Source: Ginglymostoma cirratum (Eukaryota). From it: a stretch of DNA of 64,000 nt. The notes beneath the pieces were generated by a model. It saw only the letters and a program-made list of their open reading frames with translations, was not told where the DNA came from and did not search any database. The stretch lies in NCBI GenBank assembly GCA_024137785.1, contig JAHRHZ010000107.1, positions 62,001 through 126,000 of the forward strand. The letters run 5' to 3'. Every line of letters starts with the position of its first letter. Position 1 is the first letter of the stretch. The translations under genes and the position numbers were made by a program. Positions 27,025 to 38,445 of the stretch are shown in pieces.

Positions 27025-28100
27025 AATGTCAGAAAGTCATCGAGTTGTACAACATGGAGACAGGTCCTTCGGTGTAAACTGGTCCATGCTAATGAAAATG
27101 TCCATCCACATTTATACCATTTCCCTGCACTTGGCTCATAACGAAAGGTTTACTATCCATGTATTCGCCCAAATGCCTTTTTAATTTTGTTAACACCTCA
27201 ATGACTTCGGCAGGCAGCTCATTCCATATGCGTGCCACCCTCTGTGTAAAAAAGTTGCAAATATATCAGCCAATGTCCCCACAATTTCTTCTCTAGCCTC
27301 TGGTAGGATTCTTGGAAATATGTGATCAGGACCAAGAGATTTATAAAAGCTGAAAGAGCTGTGGATGTGGTAATTCAGGAACAAAAACAGAAGGTTCTGG
27401 AAAAGCTGAGCAGGTCTGGCAGCATTTGTGAAGAAAAAAATCAGAGGACCCGAAACTTTCACTCTGATTTTTTCTTCACAGTTGCTGCCAGACCAGCTGA
27501 GCTTTTCCAGCAAGTTCTGTTTTTGTTCCAGGTGATTTACCACCTTTATACATTCTAATACGAACAAAGCCTCCTTTACTGTTATTTGGACTGTCCCCAA
27601 GATATCAATACTAACTGACCCAAGTTCTCAAGTCTTCTTGTCTTCTCCACGATAAACACAGAAGAGAATTATTCATTGAGGACCTCACCCATCTCCTGCA
27701 ATTCCACACATGCATGTCCACTTTGGTCATTGAGGGGTCCTGTGTTTTTTCTCGTCATTCTACTTCCTTTAATATACTTAAAGAATCTCTTTGGACTCAC
27801 ATTAATCTTCTGAGCGAAACCTATCTCGTGCTCCCCTTTCACCCGCCTGATGTCCTTGTTCAGTAAACTCCTGTGACCCTTATCCACCTCGAGGAATTCC
27901 CTTGATCCGAGCTGCCTGTTTCTGAGCTATGCCTCCTTATTTTTCTAGTCAAAGCTTCAATATATCTTGTCATGGAGCGTTTCCTAATCCTGCCAAACGA
28001 GCTTCTCACCCTCACAAGAACATATAGGCCTTGGACTCGAGCTATCACACTTCTAAATTCTACCTTCTTGAACTGATTGCGATTCCCTGAATACTCCAAG
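27025..28100 (-). mobile_element. CR1-like LINE fragments
   Basis: ORFs GPDHIFPRILPEAREEIVG and IRRVKGEHEIGFAQKINVSPKRFFKYIKG...GPLNDQSGHACVE.QEMGEVLNE. Confidence 0.85.
27344..27533. mobile_element. Family B repeat as an inverted dimer inserted into a CR1 fragment
   Basis: Arms 27378-27446 and 27462-27529 are reverse complements; GATTTA is duplicated at 27338 and 27534. Confidence 0.8.
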
Positions 28101-30067
28101 AACAATCAATCACAATCGTTAACGTATTCAGCTGATGATGTTGAGCTCTCTGTGCAATAAATTGTTTAAATAACAACTGTTTGCTGAACATTTCCTGTCA
28201 GTGCTTTTGAAACTCATTGATATCTCAAAGTGACGAAAAGAAAGCTCGCTTAAGACATTCCAGACAGGTAAACTCTCCGAAGTTATGCCTTAACAAAATC
28301 ACAAAAAGTCTAATTGTTTCAAATGCAAACATCTCATTCTTCAAAGCTCCGAAGAATGTCGGATCAGTTTACACAGTCTCACAGAAGAGGGATTCCAAGC
28401 ACATTCGCTCCAACAAATTTTATTTGAATACAGCATGTAAAAAACTCATGTCCTGTGAGTTTCCATTCAAAGTTCCCGATAAATTAGCTGAACTGACAAT
28501 GCATGAAAGATGATGGATATTCAAACACTCGCCCACGAAGAAACAGAAACAGAGGCAGTCATCATGGCTGCAAAATATTTTCATAACACATTGGCAACAA
28601 TAGATGAGAGCTGCAACTGATTAGAAAGAACAAAGAGCAAAGAACAGTCCAGCACAGTATCAGGCCCTTCGCCCCTCCTAGCCTGCGCTAAAACATTTTG
28701 CCCTTCCGTACTAAAACTGTTTTCACCTACAGGAAATGTATCCCTCTGTTCTGTTACTATATATGTATCCATCTGTGTTGCTTGAATGCTGCTATTCCTC
28801 TGCTTCCACCACCTCCTCCTGTAGCACATTCCAGGTATTCACAGTCTTTGTGTGGAAGACTTGTTTCGCAAATATCTTTTAAACTGCCCGCCATTATATT
28901 ATAATGTGATAATTAACGTTCCCCAAATAGTTCCAAGCCTATAAATATTCTTACAACCACATGTCATCCCGTACGTCGAAATACAGTTTTGTGTTTGTGT
29001 TGAGCGAACTGGAAGCAGACTGTCCAATAAATGTTTCTTGTATACAATTGTACTCCAAGAAAAGCAGCACGCGATAATGCTGGGAATTTTCCACAAAATA
29101 GAACATAAATAGAATAGACTGGAAATGCTCAGCAGTCTGAGCCGCATCTGAGTAGATGCAAACAAAGTTAACATTTCACATAATGATTTTTGATCAGAAC
29201 TCTTCTGTTGAAATATCATGACATGAAACTGCAATCCTGGGAAATGATTCAGCAGCCTCGTAATTCTATCGACGACGATGTGCCTTTTGTCCTTCTGCCA
29301 AAGATTTTACATTTAAATGTGTCTGTATGAATCCAATTTCCAGATTCTTCAACCTCTCAAAACTTTCTTCCTGTGTGTAATCCGTTCATAATTTCAAACT
29401 TGTTACAATGGAGGCCAATATTCATAGGCATTCCAATAAAAACAAAATTCAAATTTCATTTATTATTTAAATCATTATGGCTACAAGACAGTCAACTTTC
29501 GAATGAATTTCTGATGCAAAATCTGAAATCATAATTTTCAAACTCTTAGCTGGAGTCGAACACTGAAATTTTATAATCTGCAGCACCGGTTGAGATTTAT
29601 AATTTACTCCAGCGTCAATTTAACCAAACCATTTAATTTTACTTTTTCGAGTGTATCAGGTTTTCACCCCCTGCATGCTGAGACATCTCTACCAGACCAA
29701 ACCAGCAAACTTCTGCAGATTCACAGAATATTGCCCTTTTGTTTAAAAACTGCGAACTTTCTCAGAATTAATAGTGACTTGCATTTGCTAGTTTTAACCA
29801 AATCGCTTCAATTTATGAGTTTCTCTTTGATATTCTAAATTAGTGACCGTAAAGTCTATCTTCATGAAACATTCAAATTTTAACAGCACTCGGATTACAT
29901 TCAAATCGTTGACATTCTCATCGAATGGAAGTTGTCCGAGAAGCTAATCATGTGTGTCACCTCGATTCGGCTGAATGTTATTTCTTCCTTCTCTGTATTC
30001 TGTTCTAATTTATTTTGATTGACTTCATTGTAATCTTCCACAATATGCAATTTTGAAATAGATAATA

Positions 30068-30190
30068 GGTCCTGCAGATGCTGCAGAATCCGAGATAACA
30101 AGGTATGGATCTGGATGAACACAGCAGGCCAAGCAGCATCACAGGAGCAGGAAAGCTTGACGTTTCGGGCCTCGACCCTTCATCAGAAAA
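30068..30190 (-). mobile_element. Short Penelope-terminus repeat, family A, intact hammerhead core
   Basis: Minus strand reads TTCTGATGAAGGGTCGAGGCCCGAAACGTCAAGCTTTCCTGCTCC... Confidence 0.85.
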
Positions 30191-30212
30191 TTTTCGGGCC
30201 TGGAGGACCGAA

Positions 30213-30251
30213 CATGTGCAGCTGGCCTTCCAACTAATGCAAATGCATCTG
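30213..30251 (+). promoter_or_regulatory. Candidate B-cell enhancer core (E-boxes plus octamer)
   Basis: CATGTG (30213), CAGCTG (30219), ATGCAAAT (30237) and CATCTG (30246) within 39 bp, about 6.8 kb 3' of TM2. Confidence 0.35.
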
Positions 30252-30606
30252 GGACGAACAAGGGACGGAGCTGATCCTGGCATTCCTTCATTTTCTGAGA
30301 GTCGACCTCCTTAAGAACAAAATTTGTATCAAACTCCCGGAAGAAACTGGACCTTTCTGTTTGTGGCTTTAAACAGAGAAAACCTTGTGGGGCTGGAGCA
30401 AAAAAATCCGACCGTCTCTAACTGAAATACCTTCATTTGGGGCAGATTGGAGGAATTATCTGATGGAATAGCACACTCGTGCGATTGTTTCCTTTGTGCA
30501 GAATTACTGAATGAGTACAGTAATGAAGGTACAAAATCAAAATTGCTGAAAAAACACAAGATCTGTGAATAGAAGGTAGGGAAGACAGAGAAGAACACGA
30601 AGAACT

Positions 30607-30745
30607 GTTCTGAAGAAGGGTCTCCGGACTCGAAATGTGAACTCTGACTTCTTTCCACAGATGTCGCCTGTTTTGCTGCGTTTTTCCAGCGATTCCTGGT
30701 TTTGTTTCTGATGTGCAGCATCCACAGTTCTTCGGGTTTTATTTT
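30607..30745 (+). mobile_element. Short Penelope-terminus repeat, family B
   Basis: GTTCTGAAGAAGGGTCTCCGGACTCGAAATGTGAACTCTG...CCACAGATG... Confidence 0.75.
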
Positions 30746-30884
30746 GTACAGTACTGAAGATGTCCACCAGCCCAATGCCTCTGTGCTGATTCTCTAAAAG
30801 ATAAGTTGACTTCACGCCACTCACCTGTGTTCTCCCCTAACCCTGCACATTCTCCATTTCAGATAATGATCCAATCCCCTCTTG

Positions 30885-31265
30885 AAGGCTGAGCGGTGAC
30901 CTTACAGAGGTTTATAAAATCATGAGGGACATAGATAGGGTGAATAGCCAAGGTCTTCTCCACAGCACAGGGAATCCAAAATGAGAGGGCATAGGTTTTA
31001 GGTTAGAGGGAAAAGACTTAGAAGTCTTCAGGGGCAACTTTTTTCATGCAGAGAGTGGCGCATGTATGGAATGAGCTGCCAGAGGAAGTGATGGAAGCTG
31101 ATACAATTACAACATTTAAAAGGCATCTGGATGGGTACATGAATAGGAATGATTCAGAGGGATATGGGCCAATGCTGGCAAATGGGTCCAGGCCAGACTG
31201 GGATGTCTGGTCAGCATGGATGAGTTGGACCGAAGGGTCTGCATAACTGTATAACTCTATGACGT
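30885..31265 (+). mobile_element. CR1-like LINE 3' end
   Basis: QRVAHVWNELPEEVMEADTITTFKRHLDGYMNR, ending in an actctatgac tail. Confidence 0.85.
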
Positions 31266-32350
31266 TATTTTATTCTCAGTTCACAGATTTCAAATCCTCA
31301 TGACTCACTGCGTGAAAAAGGTTTTTCCTGATGCTGCCATTTCTTCATTTGCCACTGAGCTTCAATCTTTACCTAACTGCCTCCAACACTGGTGTGCCCA
31401 GCGAGGCAACAATGGTGAGGTCGGCTGAGTGGCAAAAGATGGTGCTGAGGATCAGCTACTTTGAAATTAGTCGGGTCTGGTGCGGTGGTGGTGGTTCTGA
31501 GCCAGCTCAGAGCGCAAACATATCGAGACTTTAAACTATGTCTTTTCATTTTGTCTTATTCTCAAACTATCAAAATGGTGCCAGATTATGGTGACAAATG
31601 AAAGCTTTTCACTGTATTTTAACGTATTTAACTGCAAAATACACACAATAAAATAATTTATTCATAATTATTCTCGATCTTTCCACCAATGGGAACAGAA
31701 TATCCCCTGTCTGTTCTGTCTGGAAACTCCAGTCTTAATATTAAGTATATTTTGTTTTATTCATTTCTGGGATTTGGGTGTCACTGGCTGCACCATGCAT
31801 TTCGCTTTCATCCAACTCATTGTTATTGGTTGTAAATAATTGACATCTCAATGCTAAATCCTGTGATATTCCACTCATTACACCTTGATCAACCAAGAAA
31901 AATGCTATTTGCTGTTACATATTAGCGAAGTAATCTTTTGCCAACTAATATGTTGGCCCACTCCACTGTGTGCTCTTATCTTAAGTTGTAATATTTGATG
32001 TGCTTTCCCAAACATCTTTTGCAATTCAGTGCACACCACATCTACAGGTTTACCTTTATCCACATTATTTTCTATTTCCTCAAAGAACTCTAAAATCTAA
32101 TCAGTCAAATACGACTATGGTTTTCGAAGTATTCTGCAATAACCTGCTTAATGATGAACTCGACAGCCTCCCTGATAACTGATGTTGGAATAACAAACTC
32201 ACAGTTTTCTGCTTTCCATCTCCTTTTTGAAAAGGTATTACATTTGTCATTTACCAATCTATTGGAATGTCTCCTGAATCTAAGTGATTTTCCAAATATA
32301 TAGCCAACACCTTTACAATTTTTGCAGCCACTTCCTTCAAGATCCTAGGA

Positions 32351-32385
32351 TTCTGATGAAGGGTCACGGCCCGAAACGTCAAGCT
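32351..32385 (+). ncRNA. Minimal type I hammerhead ribozyme motif (predicted cleavage after C32380)
   Basis: CUGAUGA (32353-59), extra A, stem II GGGUC/GGCCC, GAAA (32373-76), CG, UC. Palindromic ACGU replaces stem III, as in dimeric PLE hammerheads; stem I is very short. Confidence 0.6.
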
Positions 32386-32447
32386 TTCCTGCTCCTATGA
32401 TGCTGCTTGGCCTGCTGTGTTCATCCAGCTCCACACCTTGTTATCTC
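32351..32447 (+). mobile_element. Short Penelope-terminus repeat, family A, intact hammerhead core
   Basis: TTCTGATGAAGGGTCACGGCCCGAAACGTCAAGCTTTCCTGCTCC...CCTTGTTATCTC, inserted in an old CR1 remnant. Confidence 0.85.
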
Positions 32448-33010
32448 TGCAATTTTGAAAATCTACATTTACTTCAGAGCTAGTTAATGGTCAAAGTTTT
32501 CATTGTTCCAACGTATGTTTCAGTTTCTATTTTAAATGAACATGACACAACCAAATAAATCACGCCTTTCTATGTTTATGACCAGGACAAAAGTTGTGAC
32601 TCATAGGTTCGGCTTCGTGGAAGCTCAGTTGTCAGAGTCACAGTATAGGGGCTCTCAGTCGTAATTATTTGCAAAACATTTGCTCTTTTGCTGACGAGTT
32701 CTCTATCTTAAGACTGTTGGATCTCCTGGATATGAAATTAACATATCACGATGTTCACAAACGAAGAAATTAAGCACATGTGGTCAATGCGATCTGAAGA
32801 AATGTAACACAAACGTTATGAAGTGTTTTCCCCAGTACAATCATTATTCAGTTCATTCTAAATAGCTGATAGATATAGGATACAAAACTCCGTCCATTCC
32901 ATTCCGTGACCAACGATGAATGTGATTAATCTATTGGTGCGCTCAATGTAAATAATCCCACTCTCATCTTGATAGATAAAATTCGTGTATTAAATGGAAC
33001 CAAATTCATT

Positions 33011-33256
33011 TCATGGGTGGACCAAACACCAAGAACGACAATGACAGAGTTGGGAGAATCAGTGACCATCATCTGTGTCCGAACAGATTCGAGCTGTGCA
33101 TATTGGAATCAGACAATATTGTTGTCAACAAACAAGGAGATAATATCAATTGGCGGGTGATATGTCGAATCACTTAACAAGGGATCAAAATCATTTTCTC
33201 TGTGAATAAGTGTTCTGAGAGTTCACAACAATGGTAGTTACACGTGCAATTCTTGG
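33011..33256 (+). pseudogene. VNAR pseudogene (germline V segment, CDR1-Cys type II/III-like)
   Basis: SWVDQTPRTTMTELGESVTIICVRTDSSCAYWNQTILLSTNKEIISIGG*YVESLNKGSKSFSL*ISVLRVHNNGSYTCNSW. VNAR framework with no CDR2, stops at 33158 and 33203, about 4 codons missing in CDR1, and no clear leader or acceptor. Confidence 0.92.
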
Positions 33257-33294
33257 CACATTAATAACTCTGATGGTCTACCATGACGAAAACA
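33257..33294 (+). other. V recombination signal sequence (22-nt spacer, 23-class)
   Basis: Heptamer CACATTA 33257-33263, 22-nt spacer, nonamer ACGAAAACA 33286-33294, directly after YTCNSW. Confidence 0.8.
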
Positions 33295-33496
33295 CCTTCA
33301 AATCTTCTGCACAGCAAATTGGACTTGGTTTTTTTTCCCTCAGTGCTCAAAATTCATAATGATGCTGCCAATTGTGCTATGGAATAGCAGGAGGCAGATT
33401 GTAAATAATTGCTGCCAGACTTCAGCAGAGAAATAGAGGAAGGGGGAAATGGATATTTTGTACTGCTGTGTAATTTCAAGTAGCATGCGATCCATT

Positions 33497-33579
33497 AACT
33501 ATTGCACTGGAATGTATCACTGTGCAGCTACTATGGTAGCCACAGCAATCAAGAAGACAGTTCTAGTAATGCAAGAACT
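33497..33579 (+). pseudogene. D segment 1 (CAGCTACTATGGTAGC, 33525-33540) with 12-RSS and 23-RSS
   Basis: 5' side: weak nonamer AACTATTGC, 12 nt, CACTGTG (33518-33524). 3' side: CACAGCA (33541-33547), 23 nt, GCAAGAACT. The 12/23 arrangement fits shark D1. Confidence 0.8.
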
Positions 33580-33724
33580 CCGACCACACATTGCTGCTGG
33601 AATCAGAAACGCATTGATTTATTGGTTATCACAATGTGTCACGACACATTAGCTCAGAAGGATATCAACGCTGCTTTGCTAATCCAATAGTTAGAAAACA
33701 TGTTTTGGGAGGAAGACAGATTGC

Positions 33725-34985
33725 ATTTTACATTTTTACCAAAGAGATCCTACAAGGATGTGAAAAGCAAACGAGCAACGAGAGACAGAATCGGGTCCCT
33801 TAAAGACCTACGAGGTCATCCATGTGTTGAAACTCAGGAGATGGGAGAGATACAAAATGAATGCTTTGAGTCAGTTTTTCACTGTGCAGCCTCTTCTCGG
33901 AGAGTCCACATTACAGAACAGGGAGGTCTTAGAAAAGAATAAGGTATATAAGTCTCCTGAACATGATCACGTGGAGATCATGATCTTGCAGGGAGTTAGG
34001 GAAGAAATTGCCGGCCCCGAGCAGAAATATTTCTATCATGTATAGTCATGGATGAGGTGTTGGAAGACTGGAGAATGGCTAATATTGTGGTTTTATTTAA
34101 GAAAGGCTATAAGTAGAAACCTGGGAGCTATAAACCTGGAAGCCTGACATTGCTTGTGGGCAAGTTGTTGAAGGTGATTCTGACAAATGGGACTTACATG
34201 CATTTGGAGAGGCAAAGACTGATTAGGGATCGTCAGCATTGTTTTGTGCGAGTGAAATCGTTGTTCACAAACCATTTAAGATTTTTTTTGAGGAAGTAAC
34301 CATAAAGATTGATGAGGGCAGAAAGGTCGATGTCATTTACATGAACTTCAGTACAACCTTTGACAAGGTTCTGCATAATAGACTAATTAGTAAAGTTTGA
34401 TCGCACGAGATTCAGGCTGAGCTTGCCAGTTGCATACAAATTTGGCTTCATGGTAGGAAACAGAGTTTGGCGGTGGTAAGCTGCTTTTCGGTGTGGAGGC
34501 CTGCAACCAGCAGTGTTCCACAATGATCAGTAGTCAGTCCATTTTTGTTTGCTATCTCTATCAACGATTTGTTTCAGAATACAGGAGAAAGGATAAGGAA
34601 GTTCTAAGATTACACCAAAAATGGTAGCATACTGGACAGTGAAGAAGACTTTCTCAGAGTATGAAGACATCTTCATCATTGTGTCAGTGGGCTGAGGAGT
34701 GGCAGATTCAGCTTAATTTCTGAGGAGGAATATTTAAGGACATCAGGGGCAACTATTTTACACAGGTAGTGGTTTTTGTGCAGAATGAATTACCACAGGT
34801 GGTTATGGATGCAGGTATAGTTATCATATTTAAAAGATACGAGGGTAATTACATGAATCGGAAAGGTTTGTAGTGATATCGGCCAAGCACAGGCAAATGA
34901 AACGAGTTTAGATTGAGAAAAATTTTGGTGTGTACTATTCGGAGCGCATGGCCTATTTCCATGTTGTATGAGTCTATGACTCTGT
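33725..34985 (+). mobile_element. CR1-like LINE inserted between D1 and D2 of the pseudo-cluster
   Basis: KRSYKDVKSKRATRDRIGSLKDLRGHPCVETQEMGE..., EDWRMANIV.LFKKG, VDVIYMNFS.TFDKV; ends in ctatgactct about 40 nt before the D2 RSS. Confidence 0.85.
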
Positions 34986-35025
34986 CACTCGCTGACCTGC
35001 GGCTTTTCCAGGAATGTATTTTGAA

Positions 35026-35103
35026 CGTTTTTGCAATGATCTGTGTGACTGTGTAACTGGTTGCACCATGGAAACGAATTATTTTACCCATCGTACATAC
35101 ACC
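35026..35103 (+). pseudogene. D segment 2 (TAACTGGTTG, 35054-35063) with degenerate 12-RSS and ~23-RSS
   Basis: CGTTTTTGC, 12 nt, GACTGTG; then D; then CACCATG, 24 nt, ACATACACC. Lies just 3' of the LINE that separates it from D1. Confidence 0.65.
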
Positions 35104-35204
35104 ATCCCAGCAACTCTTAATGCAGATTCCTGTCTCCATGCCTTAGCACCTCATATTTAAATATTTCTTGCAACTGTCAGGAACGTGCTGGTGCTTTCGA
35201 ATGA

Positions 35205-35250
35205 TTTTATTGTTCATTTACGTGATTACTGTGTGAATTTTATTGCCAGA
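35205..35250 (+). pseudogene. Possible D segment 3 remnant (5' RSS only)
   Basis: TTTTATTGT, 13 nt, TACTGTG (35227-35233) at the expected position; no convincing 3' RSS. Confidence 0.3.
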
Positions 35251-38124
35251 TTCGCACTAGAACGTTCATAATTCTCCAACATTTGGTGTGGGACTAAGAA
35301 TCCTAAATGTCTTCTTGAAACTCAATATCAAGAGAAGGATTTGCACTATATTTGCTGCACCAGTTTAATAACATCCTGGAAGATCTGTAAGTTTTTCTGC
35401 AATAATTACAACATGGATTTCATGTCATGACGTGCCATGTTGTATACTTATCGCTACGGTGTTGATGCAATATGAATTGAGATTCCTGGCAATTGAATTT
35501 AATTACAGATGCATCGGTCACGTTTTGTTGAAAATAATGAAGCATTGTTGTTTTGCTTGAAAGATTTTGAAGTGCAGAATTCAAAAAACTATTATCTTTG
35601 AACTCTACTTGAACTGCTGTTTATTTTTCTTTACAATTAAAGCATAATTTCCATATATGGCTCTGGAACAATATTTGTGAGTATTTAAATTCATTACTTA
35701 GTTTTGAACAACCCTTTTTAAAAATAAACGTTTCCTGGCGTAGGATAACTAAAATAAATATTTGAACAGATTGAGAAAGCTTATATTGTTGCAACTCGAC
35801 AAAACTGATGCAGTTCTTCCTTACTGAAGTCTTTCAGCACGTTGCCATGATGTAATACGTCGACATGGAAGAATTACTTAATTCTGTGTTTTACAAGTTT
35901 TTCAGAAATCATTGCATTTTTTAAAAAGAGCGTGTCATTTGAAATTCCTGTCGCTCTAAAAACATGTTTAAATGAGCAAAAAAATGGTAACTGTTTCGGC
36001 AAAATTTGCATAAATCCTTTGAATAGTTTATTCATTTATAATTTAAGACTTTGAATCTTGGCTAACGTTGAGCATGCCAAAGCAAGGGAGAAGCTGAATA
36101 ATCGGAAATGAATTGACACTCACTCATTAAAGCGAAATGAGTAATAATATTTTGTCCTATGTACTATGTTGCGACAAGTTTTTGATAGCCATTAAATTAA
36201 AAAGTTACAAAAGTTTTTTTTTCGATTCTAACCATAATGAAAAACATCGCCTGTCTCAAAAATGGGCCTCTTGTATCAGTCAATCAACGAGAATGAAGAA
36301 TTGAACACGTGATTTGTGCGAAGACGCTTCCACCAGGATCTTTTTACACGTGGTTGTGAGCAGCTGATTTCACGAGATGGACTGGAGCTTAGCAAGAAGT
36401 CAATTTACAAATCAATAAGTCTCCGAAATATTTATGTACGAGTGAATCAAATTGCCCTGATGATGAGATTGTGTCCAAGGACAGAGTCTTCTGAGGCTTC
36501 ATTCGTTGAATTGTTAGCCATGCATTTTCTTATCAAGCAGAAGTGAAATAAACTGTTTCTTAGTTAGTTATAACTTTGAAAGAATCAACTTATCTTCATA
36601 GGAATAGTAAGTCTTTGGCCTACGGATTATACTCTTGTGATTTGTTATTTATTGATTCAAGAAACAAACAGTTGATTTCGCTTTGAGTCTATGTCTTGGT
36701 TGCAAAGACTACACATTCAAGCATTATTTCAAACAGATAAACAGTGCTGCTATGTCGGATGAGGTTTTGCTATTGCTTTCCATTTGTCTTGCTGGGTAAG
36801 GATACTTGTTGATGGAGGCATTTGGAGGTGTTTCAGAACACAAGCAGCAAGGGAAACGGACATAAGGGAAAATGGCTTGTATGTTTCTGAGCTAATGAAG
36901 GCGTGACTTTCAGCTATCGCTTCACTAAAATTGATTAAAGCTTTAACAGTTTTGGTTTTACAAAGGAATGAGGAAAACACAAATTTTGCCGTCAGTGTTT
37001 CAAAGCTCCTCTTTTGGTGCGGAGTACATTTTCTCAAAGAAGGCAATCTGTCTTGCCACAAAAAAGGACAAAGTCCATTGCTTTGTCTTTAGCCTGACAG
37101 CAGAAATTCAGCAGACTGCATCGGCTGAATGGTCTGTTTATTTTTTTTTTGGAAGAATACTCAATTCAACTTATGTTACAAAAGAACATTTACGGTACAA
37201 ATTCGATCTGGCCCTTGACATCTCGCAAGTTCCCTTTGTGCCTTCAGAACGATTTGGATATAATTTTTGATATATTGACAAATTATAGTTTCAACAGTAT
37301 CATTTATTATTGTTTTTATTGTTATAGTTCAGTAATATCCAAGTTTTACCCAGTGTATGGGTTGTGTACCCTAGAACTTATGCTATGTCGGGGAATTTAT
37401 GTGGTAGTAGATAATCCAACACAGGCAGGAGTGAGAAAATAACTTTACGTTTATGTTGTTGGGAAGCAGGGACAGGATTGATTGGAAATTGGTGAAGTCG
37501 GGCAGTCATGAGAAGAGCATTGTAGTAACCTTTATGCTTTTGGGATGTGTACGTTAGAGGTGATTAATGTATGTGCAAAGGTTTGCTTTGCAACTCAGTT
37601 CAATTAATACAGCAAATGTGCGGCTCGAGAGAGGAATGCTGAAGTCGACAGTCTTTACAATAAAATGATATATAAGATGAATCAGGAAACTGTTATAATA
37701 AGGAAACCAGAGATTGTGGCTGTCTGCTGAGCCCGAGACAATATCTTGCGAGGCAGTGAAATTGGTGATTAGAATTCCATTTGTTAAATGGATAAGTAAG
37801 ATAATTCAAACTAACCAATGCCACCTGCTTTAATAGGATATCGCAGATCGAGTTGGACGAAGCATTGCTTGATGATCATGACAAAGAAATGTTCATTGCT
37901 AAGCTTGCATTCAAGTTGCTGTTCGCATATTCACTGTTTCCTTCACAACTGACATTAACACTATACGTTACATCTTAATAAAATTTACTAATCTGCCAGA
38001 ATAAATTACTGGGTATTTCTGACTGAGTGCTCGTGGTTCTGGATTGAAAATTTGATTGAGTTATTTGCTGGGGCAATGAAGAGTCGCTGTGGATCTCTCA
38101 CTTGATGTTAGGTTTTCATTAAAA

Positions 38125-38445
38125 TGTACATTCGTACGACAACATTGTCACTGGCTAAGCCAGCCTTTCTTGCTCATCCTTAAATTCCCGGAGGCCACCT
38201 CAGAGTGAAACACATTGCTGTAGGTCTTGATTAATACGTTGGCCAGACCAGATACAGTCGTAACTTTCCTTCTCTAAAACAAGTTTGGTAGCTGAGCGGG
38301 TGTGTCAACAATCGATAGTCAGATTCATGGTCACGACGAGACTGTTACTTCCAGAATTTAAATTTACCATCTGCTGTGGTGGGATTTGAGCTCGCTTTCC
38401 TCGAATAGTCCAGCAGTAGTAACACAAGGCCATCATCCTTCCCTG
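38125..38445 (-). mobile_element. tRNA-derived SINE (SacSINE1/Deu-like); a degenerate plus copy lies at about 42005-42230
   Basis: Minus-strand head with A/B-box-like TGGCCTTGTG...GCTCAAATCCCACCACAGCAGATGGT and tail GCTGGCTTAGCCAGTGAC. Confidence 0.6.

Noticed and set aside
35390-35470. Possible J segment of the relic cluster
   Set aside because: Only a T-rich nonamer-like run; no heptamer or J coding motif.
37095-37290. Faint C3-like words (EIQQTASA..VCL; FPLCLQNDL) in the relic cluster
   Set aside because: Needs frameshifts, lacks the Trp and the second Cys motif, and has no splice sites; not distinguishable from chance without a profile search.
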